A stretch of DNA of 64,000 nucleotides, taken from contig OZ024742.1 in NCBI GenBank assembly GCA_964016885.1, forward strand, positions 290,284,001 to 290,348,000, given 5' to 3'. The translations under genes were made by a program, and so were the position numbers. How positions within the stretch are numbered: the first letter of the stretch is position 1; the number at the start of each line of letters is the position of its first letter. The stretch is from Eledone cirrhosa (taxonomy: Eukaryota). The notes under the pieces were generated by a model, which was not told the origin of the DNA, did no database searches, and worked only from the letters and a program-made list of their open reading frames with translations. This document shows, piece by piece, positions 51,199 through 64,000 of this stretch.

Positions 51199-51677
51199 TA
51201 TGTCTACCTTTCCATGTTTGCATGGGTTAGATGAATTTGTTCCACCACAGTTTCCTCCACTTGTGTCTTTCTTTCATCATTTCCTCTCTGAGGTTCAACA
51301 TTTTGATATCAACTCTCAGCACCCCTTCACAGATTTTCCATAGTTTTCCTCTACTTCTCTATCTTTTGTCATCTCTGTGAAGTTCACTGTTCTGACATCA
51401 ACTCTCATCACTTCTGCCCAGGTCTTCCTCCTCTTATCTATTTCCTTTGCCAGCTCCTCTATGAGATTCAGTATTCTGAAATCAACTGTTTTTCCCTCAT
51501 CTGTTCCATTACAAATATACATGTTGTCAGCACTCCTAGTATAGATAGCTTGCATATGCGTTCAAACCAGTCCTTGTTGAGTGAGTCAATTGAGAGCAGC
51601 CTGACGATGGAAAATAGTTTTCCCAGTTCATTTATTGTCCTGGTAAATATAATATAATATCTATCTATCTATCTATC

Positions 51678-54600
51678 GTTGATAGTGGACGTCTTTCACA
51701 TCGGCTCTTCGATTTTGGATTACTACTTTGATATTTGTGAGTGTGTTATTTGAATGTTGTCGTTATTGTTGACTCTAACCCCTCGTCTGGGACTGTAGAC
51801 GTAGGGTAAATATATTTTCGCCCCTTTTGGGGTGAAAATCTTTAATTTAAAATGTTTATTGATATCGTTAAAAACGAGGTAGCCATATTGCAAGCTAACG
51901 CCACACCCACCAATAAAAGCGAGAAAGAGGGAACAACAATTCAAACTGTTGAACTACCCCTCCTCTCGAATGGAAAAAACACTGTTAATTTGAGTGAAAA
52001 CCCAAATTTTGAAAAAGATAACATGAAAAAAATACTACAACAAATGGAATTAATAAAACCAACAACATTGCAAGAACAAACAACAATGAACGAAACAAAG
52101 ACAGCAAAATTTCTTTTGCCCAAATGGTAAAAAAAAACGATCGAATACAAACCCATAGACATTACTAACGCTAAGCAAAACTTACAAAATGCCAGAAAAT
52201 ACGTATCTTTTGGGGAGGATGGTTCTTTTACGATCAACTCCCCAGAAGAAGTTCGTCAACAGGCATATAGGAATACTATAACTTTCAGGATTATATCCAA
52301 CGCAACAAGAAAACCAGCTCAATTGACAGAAAGTCAAATTGAGCTGGTTCTGAAAGACATTAAAAAGACATACTCTTTATTGAAAGAGGAAAGCTTTATG
52401 CCAGCATTATGGTCCGAATGAAGGACCAAATGCTGGCTCGAAAATGCTCGGTGGCACCTATAGTGTCACCACAATACACCTTCTTCCCCACATATAAAGG
52501 AAGAAGAACACAAAGATTAAGAATGTGGAGCTCAACGCCAGAAGTAGACATCTGGTCCATCCTGACAGGATTCACGGACCTAGAAAAGGACATTCTAGTA
52601 TCAGCAGGTGAGTCCACCAGTGGACTGTTCGGGGGGAAAAGTCTGGAGGTTCTCATACAGATGACACCAGAGAGAATCGCCGGAATACCCGACCGAGTAC
52701 TACTGGATGGTCGAACCTTCATTAATATTACGGTGGAAGGCAGGAGGCCCTCATGTTAGCACTGCGCTGGCAGAGGTCACTTGAGGACTGCCTGCCCTCA
52801 ACAAAAAAAAACACTCCTACAAACACCACCACAACAACAAAAACAACCAACACCACCACCACAAAAACAACAAAATACACCACCATCACCACCACAACAA
52901 CAACAAAAACCAACAACACCACCTCCACAACAACAAAAACAAAAAACCACAAAACAAATCAGTCACACCCACCCACCTCACACAGAAAACAATCAAAAAT
53001 ACACACACACCAACACAACACTACCACAAAATATCCCCCTACCCCCGAACACGGATGAAAACCTCCTTACATCGGAGCATAGCAAAGATGAAGGAGAGCT
53101 GTTCCGACCAGTAAAAAGGAAAAAAAGGAAACATACCACTAACAGAAACCAAACAAACAGAAGAAACCAACACAACACAAAGCACCCCTCTCCATTACAC
53201 AACACTAACAGCGTCACAGAAAAAAACATTACAGTACACTTACATCAACAAACAAAACAAAAAACTGCTCAATATAATAAACAGTAACCCTTCGGTTTGC
53301 ACCGAAGGGCCAAATTTTAAGACAGTGGATGACTCTCCATACCTCAAAATGATAAAGGTCCCCATGAACCTTTATCAAACTTTAAAAAACATTTATAAAG
53401 AGGACGTGGGGCCCCCCTGTAACAAACCGTTTAACCGCCTCCTCTTAAAAGGTTACCCACACAACTCCAAATACCCCAACCCACCATACACTAATACCCC
53501 CACACCACCACAAACCACCCAACAACCCCTCCACCACCCCCATGGAAACTGAACAGCTCGGGACGCAGAGAGGTAAGTGCCTCTTTCTTTACCACCAACA
53601 TGGCTGTGTTAAGAGTAGGTTGTCTAAATGTGCGTGGCCTGGGCTCACCTTGGAAGCAAACTAAACTTCTAAATGACCTCAGGTCACGAGGTATAAATGT
53701 GATGGTTATTTGCGAGGCCCGGATCAGCAGCATGCAACAACTAGCCCCCACCTTTGATGACTTTGAGATGCACGCATCTCTGTCAGCCCAGAGGTGGGGT
53801 TGTCGTTCTGCTGCAAAAACATCTGGGTCTTGCTACACAGACAGTATACTTGGACCCGGAGGGTCGACTAGTGGTTCTGGACCTTGGCAGTGGTGAAGGC
53901 GAAGCTTTTAGGCTGGTCGCCGTTTACGCCCCTTTTGGGGCAATGCGGTCGGACTTCTTCCATCGTCTGGAGACTTTTCTAGGGACGTCCCGCTCCTTGC
54001 TTTTAGTGGGGGACTGGAATGGTATCCTAGATGCACGTTGGGACTATGTAGGGGCATGTCCTGATAGAGGGGGGGGGTGTAACAACCTCAAGGGGTTAAT
54101 CGGCCGATAGATATCGACTAGATTTTCCGACTGTGCCAACCTGGACTTGGACAAACCACAGCGGTCAATCTAGATCGTACCTAGATAGGTTCTTAGTTAG
54201 AATTAAGGATAGGGACTTTTTAAGTTGTCCAGAAATGCTCATGGTGGGCTATTCAGATCACAAGTTAGTGACCTGCATAGTCCACCTGGATAGAACGCAT
54301 AGGCAGGGACCCGGTTACTGGAAGCTCAACTTGTCCTTACCGGCAAGTAGAGCTTACAGGGACCGGAGGATTAGAACCTTAGTTAAGGAGCGGTTGACGG
54401 GCGCCATCGTCAACAGCAGGTGGTGGGGCTCTCTCAAAAGAGAGATTAGAGTAGTTTCAATAGGAGTTAGTAAAGAGTTAGCCTCAGATAGAAATAGGAA
54501 GGAAAGGGAGTTGGTAGTTAATGTTGAAGAGGCAATGAGAAGTGGCAACGTGGCCAGAGTGCAAGCGTCGAGAACGGCCTTGAGCCAGTTCTTCGACGCG

Positions 54601-56529
54601 AAACACGAAGGCTGCGTTGTCCGAAGCAAAATACGTGCTCTGGGAAACGAGGGGACCAAAGCTGTTAGCTGGGCCCACGTGACAGAAGCCAAAAGTGGGA
54701 TTAGATCCACTATCCGGTCTTTGCGAGACCAGGATGGACGGGTGATCCTTGAACCTAAGCAAATGTGTGAGGCCTTTCAAAGGCACTTTGCCCGATTGTT
54801 CGGGAGGGCTGGTTGGGGATGTGGATTTCGGTCCATACCTCGACGGCCTGCTGCGTCTTTCAGACAAGGAGGCGAGGTCCTGCGACGGGCCGATCTCAGC
54901 TGCTGAAATAGGGGACGTGCTGAGCCTATGCGGCAAACGCAAATCTCCAGGCCTCGATGGTCTGCCCTACGAACTATATATTAATATGCCGGACTTGTTC
55001 CGTTCCCCGATCTCCTTGAGGCGGTCTACTGCAACTGGCAACAGAACGGGAGAATTCCCTGTTCTGAGACCAAGGGCGTAGTCTCGCTAGTGAGGAAGGA
55101 CGAGAACAAGGGGGATGACATTAGTAATTTTAGGCCCATAACTCTGCTAAATGCAGAGTTAAAGATTTTGGCCAAGGTGTTAGCGAAGAGGTTGGCACTT
55201 GTCGTGGGGCGCCTGGTAGGAGATGCGCAGACATGCGCTATCCCGTCCAGGTCCATCCACGACAACCTCCACCTCATGCAATACATCATAGAGAGGGTTG
55301 GGAACGAACCCGGCTTTGGTGGGGCCCTGATAAATTTAGATCAATCTAAAGCTTTCGATAGGGTGGACCATGGTTACCTGGATCCGGTACTAGCGGCGGC
55401 TGGTTTCGGACCCGTGTTCAGGAGCTGGATCACTGCCATGCATAGCAGCCACATCTGCTCTAGAGTCAAGGTGAACGGCTACTCTCGGAGCCGTTCAAAA
55501 TCACCCGCTCCATCTGACAAGGGTGCCCTCTCTCCTCCCTTCTGTATGTATTGGGTCTCGAGCCACTACTGCGGAAGTTGGAGTTGTTGTAGTAATGGTG
55601 TCGACCACCGCGGAAATCGAGGCAATCGGCACCGCCTATTGGTGGATCCTCCACATCGTCATTCTATAGAGGGCTGGTGGTTAGCAGGTGCAACGACGCC
55701 CTCGGAGAAACCCAAGGCATGGAGGAGGACGAACTGGCCAGCCTATTCGGTAGGACTTTCGGCCCGGGACCTATGGACAACTTCCAGAAGTCCTTGGCCT
55801 GGCAGTGCTACCGAGGGCCTCTGCCCGTTTGGGATAAGCTCTACAGACACGGGCGCCCGGGTAGGGACCCCTCGAAAAAGATCTGTCCCAGATGCGTGCG
55901 CGACGAGGGGACTGTTGCGCACGCTTTGGTACACTGCCCGGGCGTCGCCGATCTGTGGGGCTATGTCGAACAACTGCTGTCACGGGTGGGACCAATTAGG
56001 TTGACCACCGAGTCCATTGTCACGATGAAGCCGCCTCCCCCCTTCAAAAATGAAGGAGAGGCGGTCTTCCTCTGTGTAATAGCCATGGTAAAAGAGGTTG
56101 TATGGTGGACGTATCTAAAAGGGCCAAGGTCGGACACCTTTCTCTCTGGCCAACAACTGGTCCTTTTCTTCCCATACCATTTCGGAAGAAAGATCAGGAT
56201 GGAGAGAGAGGTGCTCCACTCCAGCCAGGTGGGTGAAAGTTGCGAGAATGGCCCGTGTGAATGAGCCTTCTCTCTACCTCAGCCTGTAGGTGGAAAAGGA
56301 TGAGGGAAGAAGGGAGCACCCTCTCTTTGTGCTCCCGTAGAGTAGGGTCGCACATTTATTTTCGGGGGTGTGTGTAACCCCAAAACGATCCCTACCTATT
56401 GAGGAACTTTTTGTTATAATTTTATTTGTTATTACATTTCTTTACTCGATTTCTATGTGCCCCCCCCCCCCCCCCCCCCCCATGTATGTGTCCCTCTCGT
56501 TTGTGCCCTCGTGGCAAATAAATAGAAAT
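51678..56529 (+). mobile_element. Near full-length, degenerate Tx1/L1-clade LINE (ORF1 plus APE-RT ORF2)
   Basis: Broken ORF1 about 51852-53580 with an ACA-rich tract. APE motifs CLNVRGL, LVGDWN, YLDRF, SDH; RT motifs KSPGLDGLP, FRPITLLN, LDQSKAFDRV; internal deletion near 55590; CPRC..HALVHC knuckle. The 3' end is homologous to the 6754-8138 copy. Confidence 0.92.
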
Positions 56530-57198
56530 TAGACAGTAGAAGTCGCACTGATAGACACATTTTTCAAATACAAGAGGGCGCTATAGAAGTGGTGGATAGC
56601 TTCCGGTACCTAGGAGATCAGATTAGCATGGGAGGAGGGTGTTCCGAGGCCATAGTATCTAGAATAAGGACGGGTTGGAAGAAGTTTAGGGAGCTGCTTC
56701 CTCTGTTGACGAAGAAGGGTTTCTCCCTGCGTACGAAAGGCCGGTTGTATGATGCCTGTGTGAGGAGCGCGATGCTGCATGGTAGTGGGACATGGGCAGC
56801 AACTGCAGAGGATATGCGACGGCTGGAGAGAAATGAGGCAAGCATGCTCCGTTGAATGTGCGTGAACGACCCAGCATAAATGTGTTGAGAGAGAAACTGT
56901 GTCTGAGAGGGATAGAATGTAGTGTACGGGAGAGGAGTCTGAGGTGGTATGGACATGTGATGCGCATGGAGGATGACCGATGGGTGAAGAAGTGCCAGGA
57001 ATTGCCAGTTGAAGGAAGACGTGGTAGAGGTAGACCACAAAAAACATGAGCGGAGGTGGTGAGAACAGACCTCAGATCATTGAAGCTCACGGTGGAGATG
57101 ACGAGGGACCGTGACGAGTGGAGAGATGCTGTGCTGAATAAGACCCGTCCCACCCTTGCAAGCAGGGAAAAGCGGACGTAAAATGATGATGATGATGA
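56530..57198 (+). mobile_element. 5'-truncated RTE copy abutting the Tx1 3' end
   Basis: VDSFRYLGDQISMGGGCSE, LRWYGHVMRM, GRGRPQKT; (GAT)n tail. Confidence 0.88.
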
Positions 57199-57222
57199 TA
57201 TATATATATATATATATATATA

Positions 57223-57506
57223 CAATATATTAATAAATGGAAACTATATTTATAAAACCATAATTATTTTGTTATATATATTTCAAGGGCAACCAAGACA
57301 AATTATGGTGCACTTTCATCAGCTAAAATACAAATTTGTTTTATAAATAAATATTGACATACCCACATAAAGACAACCTTAACGGTTAAGATTTGCTGTA
57401 TTTTATCTGATGGAAGCGCACCATAATTTGCCTTGGTTGCCCTTGAAATATATATAATAAAATAATTATGGTTTTATAAATATAGTTTTCATTTATTAAT
57501 ATATTG
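57223..57506. repeat. Long inverted repeat with a hammerhead-ribozyme-like motif in each arm
   Basis: Arms of about 110 bp. TATTTTA(T/G)-CTGATG(A/G)-stem-GAAA-TATATA-TA-A(T/C)AAAATA. Confidence 0.75.
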
Positions 57507-57624
57507 AATATTTACTCCACTAAACTGTTGAGTGCTTTATATCAGTTACAAAATTTTAAGCTTGTTGAATCCCAACAAATTAAATATAACCTCTGCATAT
57601 ATGTATATATATATATATATGGCG

Positions 57625-58042
57625 CTACGCAGTAAAACCCGCCTTGCCTAAGTACAAAGCGAAACCTACAGTCAGTAGGCACCTCTTAATCAAATATACA
57701 TCCCCATCCCACTACCCCAACTCCTCCACCTCCATCAACACCACCCCTTTTTCTGTAAAGTTATGTTGGTACCACAACATCCAGTCCTGAATAAATGAGG
57801 TCGTGTAAGTGTCACGGCAAAAAACACACAGTCCACGCTGTACTGTGGCCGTGTAGGTAACACGCTAAAAACCTCCCAGTCCACACTGTAAACGTGGTTG
57901 GTGTTAGGAAGGGCACCCAGCTGTAGAAAACCTGCCAGACAGTCCTATACGAGCAAGACAACCAATCTTGCCTCAAGTGGGACAATTCCCATCTAAACCC
58001 ATGCTAGCGTGGAAGATAGATGTTAAACGATGAGGATGATGA
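57625..58042 (+). mobile_element. RTE 3' UTR-only copy
   Basis: Highly similar to 41800-42210. Confidence 0.85.
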
Positions 58043-59860
58043 TATATATATATATATATATATACATATATATAAGAACAAACGCTTCAGCCTTGACTGG
58101 ATGATATATTTCAGTTGTGTCTTCTGGGAAAACAATAGAAGATGTATTGCGATGAAGAAACAGCCAGCAATACCTGCTGCATCAAACAATCTACTTTGTT
58201 AGGCTCCTTCCTCAGGTTTACTGGCTTCATCCCTGTTTGTGGAGGAAACTGACAGGCTAGGAATTGAGGACACTAGAGATCTCAATGGCAACCAGCAGTA
58301 AATGGAACCCATTCTAGCATGGAAGACAGGCGTTAAATGATGATGAGTCAATGCTTGGTATTTCGTCAACTTCCACTCCTCTGTGGAAAATCCAGGGAAT
58401 TAAGACAACAGATGTCCCAGTAGTGACCGACACAAAATTCAAAGTCAGTCAGTCAGTATTTAGTCATCTTCCACTCATCTGTGTTGTAGATGTCAGCAAC
58501 CAAGGCTGTGGTTAAAGTGATGAGATTAATGTCAGCGAAAGTGTCACAAGATGTGGCATACCAGATGACTGACTTACCATACCCAAACAAGAAAAAGTTT
58601 AACCCATCTGGGCAGCTAACTATTTCTTTGTAAATTTTTGTATTTTTGGCAGAATTAGTAGACTAGAAGGTATTTGAAATGTCTATCCTCATTAGATGGG
58701 CTCTACTCATCAGATGAGTGGGACTTAATTTAGTAGTCTCTACTCATGGATATGTGGGGCTTCCTTAGGGCTCTACTGATGGATGTGGGGTTTCCTTAGG
58801 TGGGTTCTACTTAAAGACGTAAGTGGGACCTCATTAGATGATCTCTACTCATGGATATGTGGAGATTGATTAGATGGACTCTACTTAAGGACATAAGTGT
58901 GGCTGAGATAATACAGATTGGAACTTCAGCTTGCATTTGTTGTCCCATAAGAAACAATTGACAAAAGAGGCCACTGTAGTAGTGGCAGAAAACACCGAAA
59001 GTGGACCAGAGGCTGAAACTTATCTGTGAGTGACATTATATGAATCAGTTGTGTGGTCTTTCTCTGGATATGATCTAAGATATCTGTATGTGTAGCAGCA
59101 GCACTGTCACAGCTGTGAGAGTAGTATTCTATTCTTGGCCTTATCTGAACTTTGCAGAGAATTAATAGTTACTAGCTCTGAAGCCAATGTTTTTGATGCA
59201 GTTTTTACTGTGTTGACATTGTGCATTTTCCAGAAAAGATCCTCATTGAAGTTATCACAAAGGATTGTGTTGCATACTGTGTTTAAGTAGAGGGGTGGTG
59301 TGATGATATTTTCTTGATGCAGTTATTGCAGGCTTTTGCTGTTGAAGGTGACAATATTGGCATGATCCCAGAGTTGAGTGTGGGTCAAAGTGATTTTCAA
59401 AATTGGTTAAGCTGTGTGTAGGTCAATTTGAGATACGAGTGAGTTGGTGAGCTGTATTCATGCATACTATGATAGTGCAAGCTGACAAAAGGCCCCTGAT
59501 CCAAGGAACAAATGGAGTCTATAAAAGGGAAGTTTTGACAGCTGTGATCAAAGTTTTGCTAGCGTTCTATCACTAGATCCTTCCAAATTCTTGTTTATTT
59601 TCAACACGATTTCAAATCATAGACAATGTCTTCCATTAAAAATGGTTATGTTTTAAATTTGAAAATATGTTAGCACTTTTGGGTAGCCATGGCAATGCAA
59701 ATAACTATAAATAATAGTTGAATAAGTTAGCTAAAGTACTCTAGAGATTAAAAAAAGATTACAGAAATACCTGTGAGAATGAAATCATAAATTAGCTCAA
59801 TTATTTTTCATAATTTTATTATTGTTTTGAAATAATTTTTGGTTTGTGTTTGAAATCTAG

Positions 59861-59994
59861 ACATGGTACCTGACACCTGGTCACCTATGGCAGAAAGTGA
59901 ATTCTTAAAAATTGTTAAAGTCAAAAGAGGAAAGGAATATGATGAGATCTTTACCCCTTTCAAAAGCAAACTTCCTCAATATAAAATAATCAAA
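59861..59994 (+). CDS. PARP14: Macro-PARP exon I, start of PARP catalytic domain
   Basis: ctag acceptor, gtttgt donor, phase 1 to 0. Encodes DMVPDTWSPMAESEFLKIVKV...EYDEIFTPFKSKLPQYKIIK (P..W..M...EY..I...F pattern). Confidence 0.82.
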
Positions 59995-60129
59995 GTTTGT
60001 ATTTTCCTTCCATAATTTTATTGTTTATTCAATTTCACCACCTATTACCACATTGGTGTTTAGTTGGACACCATACTCTCAGTCTTCTAGTATCCAGTTG
60101 GATTATGGTGGTTTCTGTATTGGTGTTTC

Positions 60130-60480
60130 ACTTAGGTTCAGTCTCTGAGCTGTGAGCCATACAAATGCCATTGCTGGTTCACAGTTAATGTGTTTAAACT
60201 CCACCCACTGTCATGTCACTTCAGTGCTGACTGCTTCCTTCAACATTCCACCCTCAATGATATTATTAAACATGACTTGGATATGGCTGGTTTCTCATTA
60301 CTGCTAAATCCAGTGAGACATGACCAAAGGGATAATGAAAGACTGGACAACATCTTTCCCTCATGGGGTGGTAAGCCCATAACCTGAGATATAACATTTA
60401 TTGTAAGCTTCTGCAGTAGCAATCTGGTTAAGTTGGTACCAAACCTAAGCTTTGTCACCTTGCAAGCTGTCAAAATACCA
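60130..60480 (+). mobile_element. Degenerate fragment of an RLE-type (CRE/NeSL-like) non-LTR element
   Basis: HPLSC...HSTLNDIIKHDL..AG....NPV.....DNERLD..FPSWGGKPIT*D resembles the H.LSC...H..LND.I...EP....DGKRPDG...W..GK...WD region. Confidence 0.55.
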
Positions 60481-61189
60481 GATGCTCTGCTGGTGCTACA
60501 AAAACCACACCCAGTATACTCTGTATGAAACATATGAACAAGACATAGTTCTTCAACCCAACTTATCTCAAATTGTGACAACCCATCCAACCCATGTTAG
60601 CATGGAAAGTGGATGTAAAAATTATGATGATGATGAGTTGTGAAACTTGATCTGAAGAAAATATAGGCTTCAAGCCTTAAACAAATATTTATTAACAAAC
60701 CTAAATTCTAGACTTTAAAAATAACTTCTCTAGAATTTCTATATTTTTGATTGGGTAAAATTACTCTTCTACATAATTGCTGAATTTGTTAATAATAAAT
60801 GTATATTAGTTTTTCAACGAAGTGAAGTTGTGTAGTTGTTATCTTCTTTAGGTAACATATTAATATCCTTGAAAGTTGTGGTAACCTGGCTGAAGCTTTT
60901 GAAATTTTAGTTTATACATGACTGGCAAGTGAGTTTTGATCAGAGATCCTGTGTTAAAATTAAAATAATTACTGCATAGAAAAATCATATTAGCTACAGT
61001 TGTATGTACATGTCTGGCAAGTAACTTTTGATCCGAGTTCCTGTGTTGAAACTAAAATAATTACACCAAAGAAGTTATTTTAGCCCTTCAAAAAACATAC
61101 AAAAACTGTTAACTTCACTTTATATACAGCATTTATTTCTTGGTATGAAAATCTTTGTTGTGCTGACTCTGACTTGCAATCACACTGTT

Positions 61190-61952
61190 TGTAACCTGGT
61201 CACTGACACATTACCACTGTCACACTGTGACATGGTCACTGACATAGTACTACTGTCACACTGTGGACCTGGTCACTGACACGGTACCACTGTCACACTG
61301 TGACCTGGTCACTGACACGGTACCACTGTCACACTGTGACCTGGTCACTGATACAGTGCTAGTGTCACACTGTCACCTGGCCAGACACAATACCACTGAC
61401 ATACTGTGACCTGGTCGCTGTCACAGTACTACCGACATACTGTGACCTGGTCACTGACACAGTACTACTGACATACCAGACCTGGTCACTGACATAGTAC
61501 CTCTGGCACACTGTGACCTAGTCACTGACACAGTACCACTGTCACACTGACTTAATCACTGACACAGTACCACTGTCTTAATCACTGACACAGGACCCCT
61601 GACATACTGTGACCCGGTCACTGACATATTGTGACCTGGTCACTGACACAGTACTGTTGTCACACTGTGATGTGGTCACTAACACAATACCACTGTCATA
61701 CTGTGATGTGGTCACTGACACAGTGATACTGACATACTAGGACCTGGTCACTAACACAGTACCACTGACATACTGTACCACTGTCACACTGACCTGGTCA
61801 CTGACACAGTACCACTGACATACTGTGACCTGGTCACTAACACAGTACCAGTCACACTGTGACCTGGTCACTAACACAGTCCCACTGACATACTGTGACC
61901 TGGTCACTAACACAGTACCACTGACATACTGTGACCTCGTCACTGACACAGT
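61190..61952. repeat. ~33-36 bp minisatellite with palindromic core GTGACCTGGTCAC
   Basis: About 22 variant units ending about 35 bp before exon J. Confidence 0.93.
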
Positions 61953-61986
61953 TCTAATGAAACTAATTTCATATTTCTTAATACAG

Positions 61987-62164
61987 ATTGAGAGAATACA
62001 GAACAAAACATTATACCATAACTATCAAATGATGAAAAGGAAGTTTCAAGCAGACAACCCTCACCTAAGAAATGAAGTGCGAGACCTTTGGCATGGCACT
62101 TCTGTAGATGCTATTACAGGAATAAATAAGGAGGGTTTTAACCGGAGCTACTGTGGTAAAAATG
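61987..62164 (+). CDS. PARP14: Macro-PARP exon J, PARP catalytic domain (HGT motif)
   Basis: acag acceptor, G|gtaaga donor. Encodes IERIQNKTLYHNYQ...LWHGTSVDAITGINKEGFNRSYCGKN, the PARP14/15 signature. The remaining catalytic exon(s) lie beyond the window. Confidence 0.93.
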
Positions 62165-62999
62165 GTAAGAAACTGTTTATTTTAACCCTTTCATACCAAA
62201 TTGCCTCCTCCTCCTGCTTATTCTTCTTCTTCTCCTTCTATGAAAAGACTAATGATATACCTACAACACTTTTAGAAATCAAATTTCAAAAATTAGCTAC
62301 TGAACTTGCGCCACCCTATATATATATATGTATATCACCATACCACCTACGGACACAATTAATTTGCACCTTTAATCTATATATAAGGGCGGTGCCCCAG
62401 CATGGCCTCAGCCGGATGGCTGAAACAGGTAAAAGAGTATATATTAGCAGATGTCTGTGCATAATGCCAGTGAGGGAGTGAGAGGGCAGAGAAAGAAACA
62501 GCGAGGCAAAGTGAGGAAGTGGCTCGTTACTTCTCATTCGCCAAGGTTTCTCGATAGAGGCAGAAATGTAAATAGTGTGAATATGTGAGTGATTTAGAAA
62601 GAGAGAGAAAGAGACAGACTAAAAGAGAGGAAGTGTTACAGAGGGTAAGAGAGAATGTGTGAGCGAGAGAGAGGCGCTGTATGTATGTTCTATTGGAGAA
62701 GTTGAAAGAAATCTGGCACAAAGAGAAGGGGAGATAGAGAGAGACGCTGTGTGTTTAATACTGTATGTGTATGTGTCAGTGTGTGGAAATAAGAGGTGAA
62801 GGAAAGCAATAACCATTAACATGTATGCGTGCATGTGTGTATGTGGCGTTCTCCAGAAAGTAAAAACTATCCACATATGCACATGTGTGTGCGACGTTCC
62901 ACAATCGCCATTTATTTCAATCACTCTTGTGAAGATATTCATGTAACTTTCACTCATTTTTTCATTTAATCCCCATTTTAATTTTCAACAAAGTTTCCA

Positions 63000-64000
63000 A
63001 GAAATATGTTCTGACTCTCTGCAAGAGGAGACAGGGTAGATATAGATGATCAGCATTCTACAGTGAAGCAAAGACAAGTACAGGTAGCCAGAGCAAAGTC
63101 ACTAGAGACCCCTGAACAATGTCAGCAAAGACATGAAAATGATTGGAGGAGAGCTGCTGCACGCATAGCCAATGAGTCACAAGTGGCTAGGGAAAACCGG
63201 TTAGAACAATTGCGTCAACAAAATGCAATCCGCAGGAGCCAAGAGTAAAATGTTTAAAGGATGCAAGACAAAGACAAGCTGCCCGAGTTGCCAATGAGAC
63301 AATAGGTCAGCGAGAGATTAGACAAAGAAAAAACAGTTGCTGCAAGATTTTGCCAATCCTCAGAGGAAAGATGTAAGCATCTTGATCACGATAGGCTGAA
63401 TATGTTTGACAAAAGAGTTGCATCTTTCAAGGGGACTTGGAAAAGATCAGCTTTCAACTATGATCCAAAATATGATAATTCTACAGAGAAATTGATTGAT
63501 ATTGGAACAATGTCAAAAGAGTGCAGTTTTTGTAAAAGAAAGAAATGGGAAAGAGAAACTACCACTATGTGTTGTGGCGGAGGAACGGTTTTTTTACCAA
63601 TGTTTGATACCCCCCAGATACTTTGAAGGCATTGCTTTTGGAAAACACACCAAGGAGCATACACTTCATGTAATACATTAGGAATTATAATTCTGGTTTC
63701 CAAATGACCTCCTTTGGCAGCAATATTATAAGAGAAGGGAACATGAAGCCAACTTTTAAAGTTCAAGGTGAAGTATACTATCGTATTGGATTTTTGTTGC
63801 CAACTGAAGGCAAACATCCTCAGTTTTTACAGCTATATTTTGTGGCAAATTACAAGGAGTAAGCTTTGTAACAGTCATTTAACCTTCCAAATTTGAAAGA
63901 AGAGTTAATCTTTGATCTGCAAGATATGTTGCATGCAAATAATAGCTACATCAGAGCTTCAAGCATACATTAGAATCTGCACCCCCACTGAATACAAAAT
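63000..64000 (+). mobile_element. Helitron Rep/helicase N-terminal region, pseudogenised; continues beyond the window
   Basis: ETPEQ..QR repeats, AFNYDP, IGTMSKECSFC...KW...MCCGGG, IRNYNSGFQMTSFG and FKVQGEVYYRIG.LLP....PQFLQLYF, interrupted by stops. Confidence 0.88.

Noticed and set aside
51596-51630. CTGACGA-TGGAAAA-TAG-TTTTCC hammerhead-like start (and CTGAGGA...GAAG on the minus strand near 58080-58217)
   Set aside because: The GAAA box and stems I and III are not identifiable.
52728-53290. Thr/Gln/Pro-rich mucin-like ORFs
   Set aside because: This is an ACA-rich low-complexity tract within Tx1 ORF1.

Overview
AT-rich, repeat-dense eukaryotic genomic DNA. The SINE and RTE repeat types suggest a cephalopod such as Octopus, but that is inference. 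The whole window lies inside one + strand gene of the macro-PARP (PARP14/PARP15/PARP9-like) family. Fourteen GT-AG exons join into one open frame: end of macrodomain 1, an internally duplicated four-exon macrodomain cassette (macro 2 and 3), a linker/KH-like segment, a WWE domain and the start of the PARP catalytic domain (LWHGT...GFNRSYCGKN). The gene is incomplete at both window ends. The introns contain a piggyBac element (TTAA TSD) and two piggyBac MITEs, two Tx1/L1-clade LINEs at (TATC)n repeats, several RTE-type LINEs (one with an open 680-aa RT ORF), a non-autonomous LTR element, two Helitrons, many tRNA-derived SINEs and three minisatellites. Most notable: (TA)n-flanked palindromes carrying minimal hammerhead-ribozyme motifs on both strands; the frame-symmetric, patchily homogenised and amino-acid-diverged macrodomain duplication; apparent (TATC)n targeting by the Tx1 family; and a 33-bp minisatellite whose unexpanded seed survives in the paralogous intron.
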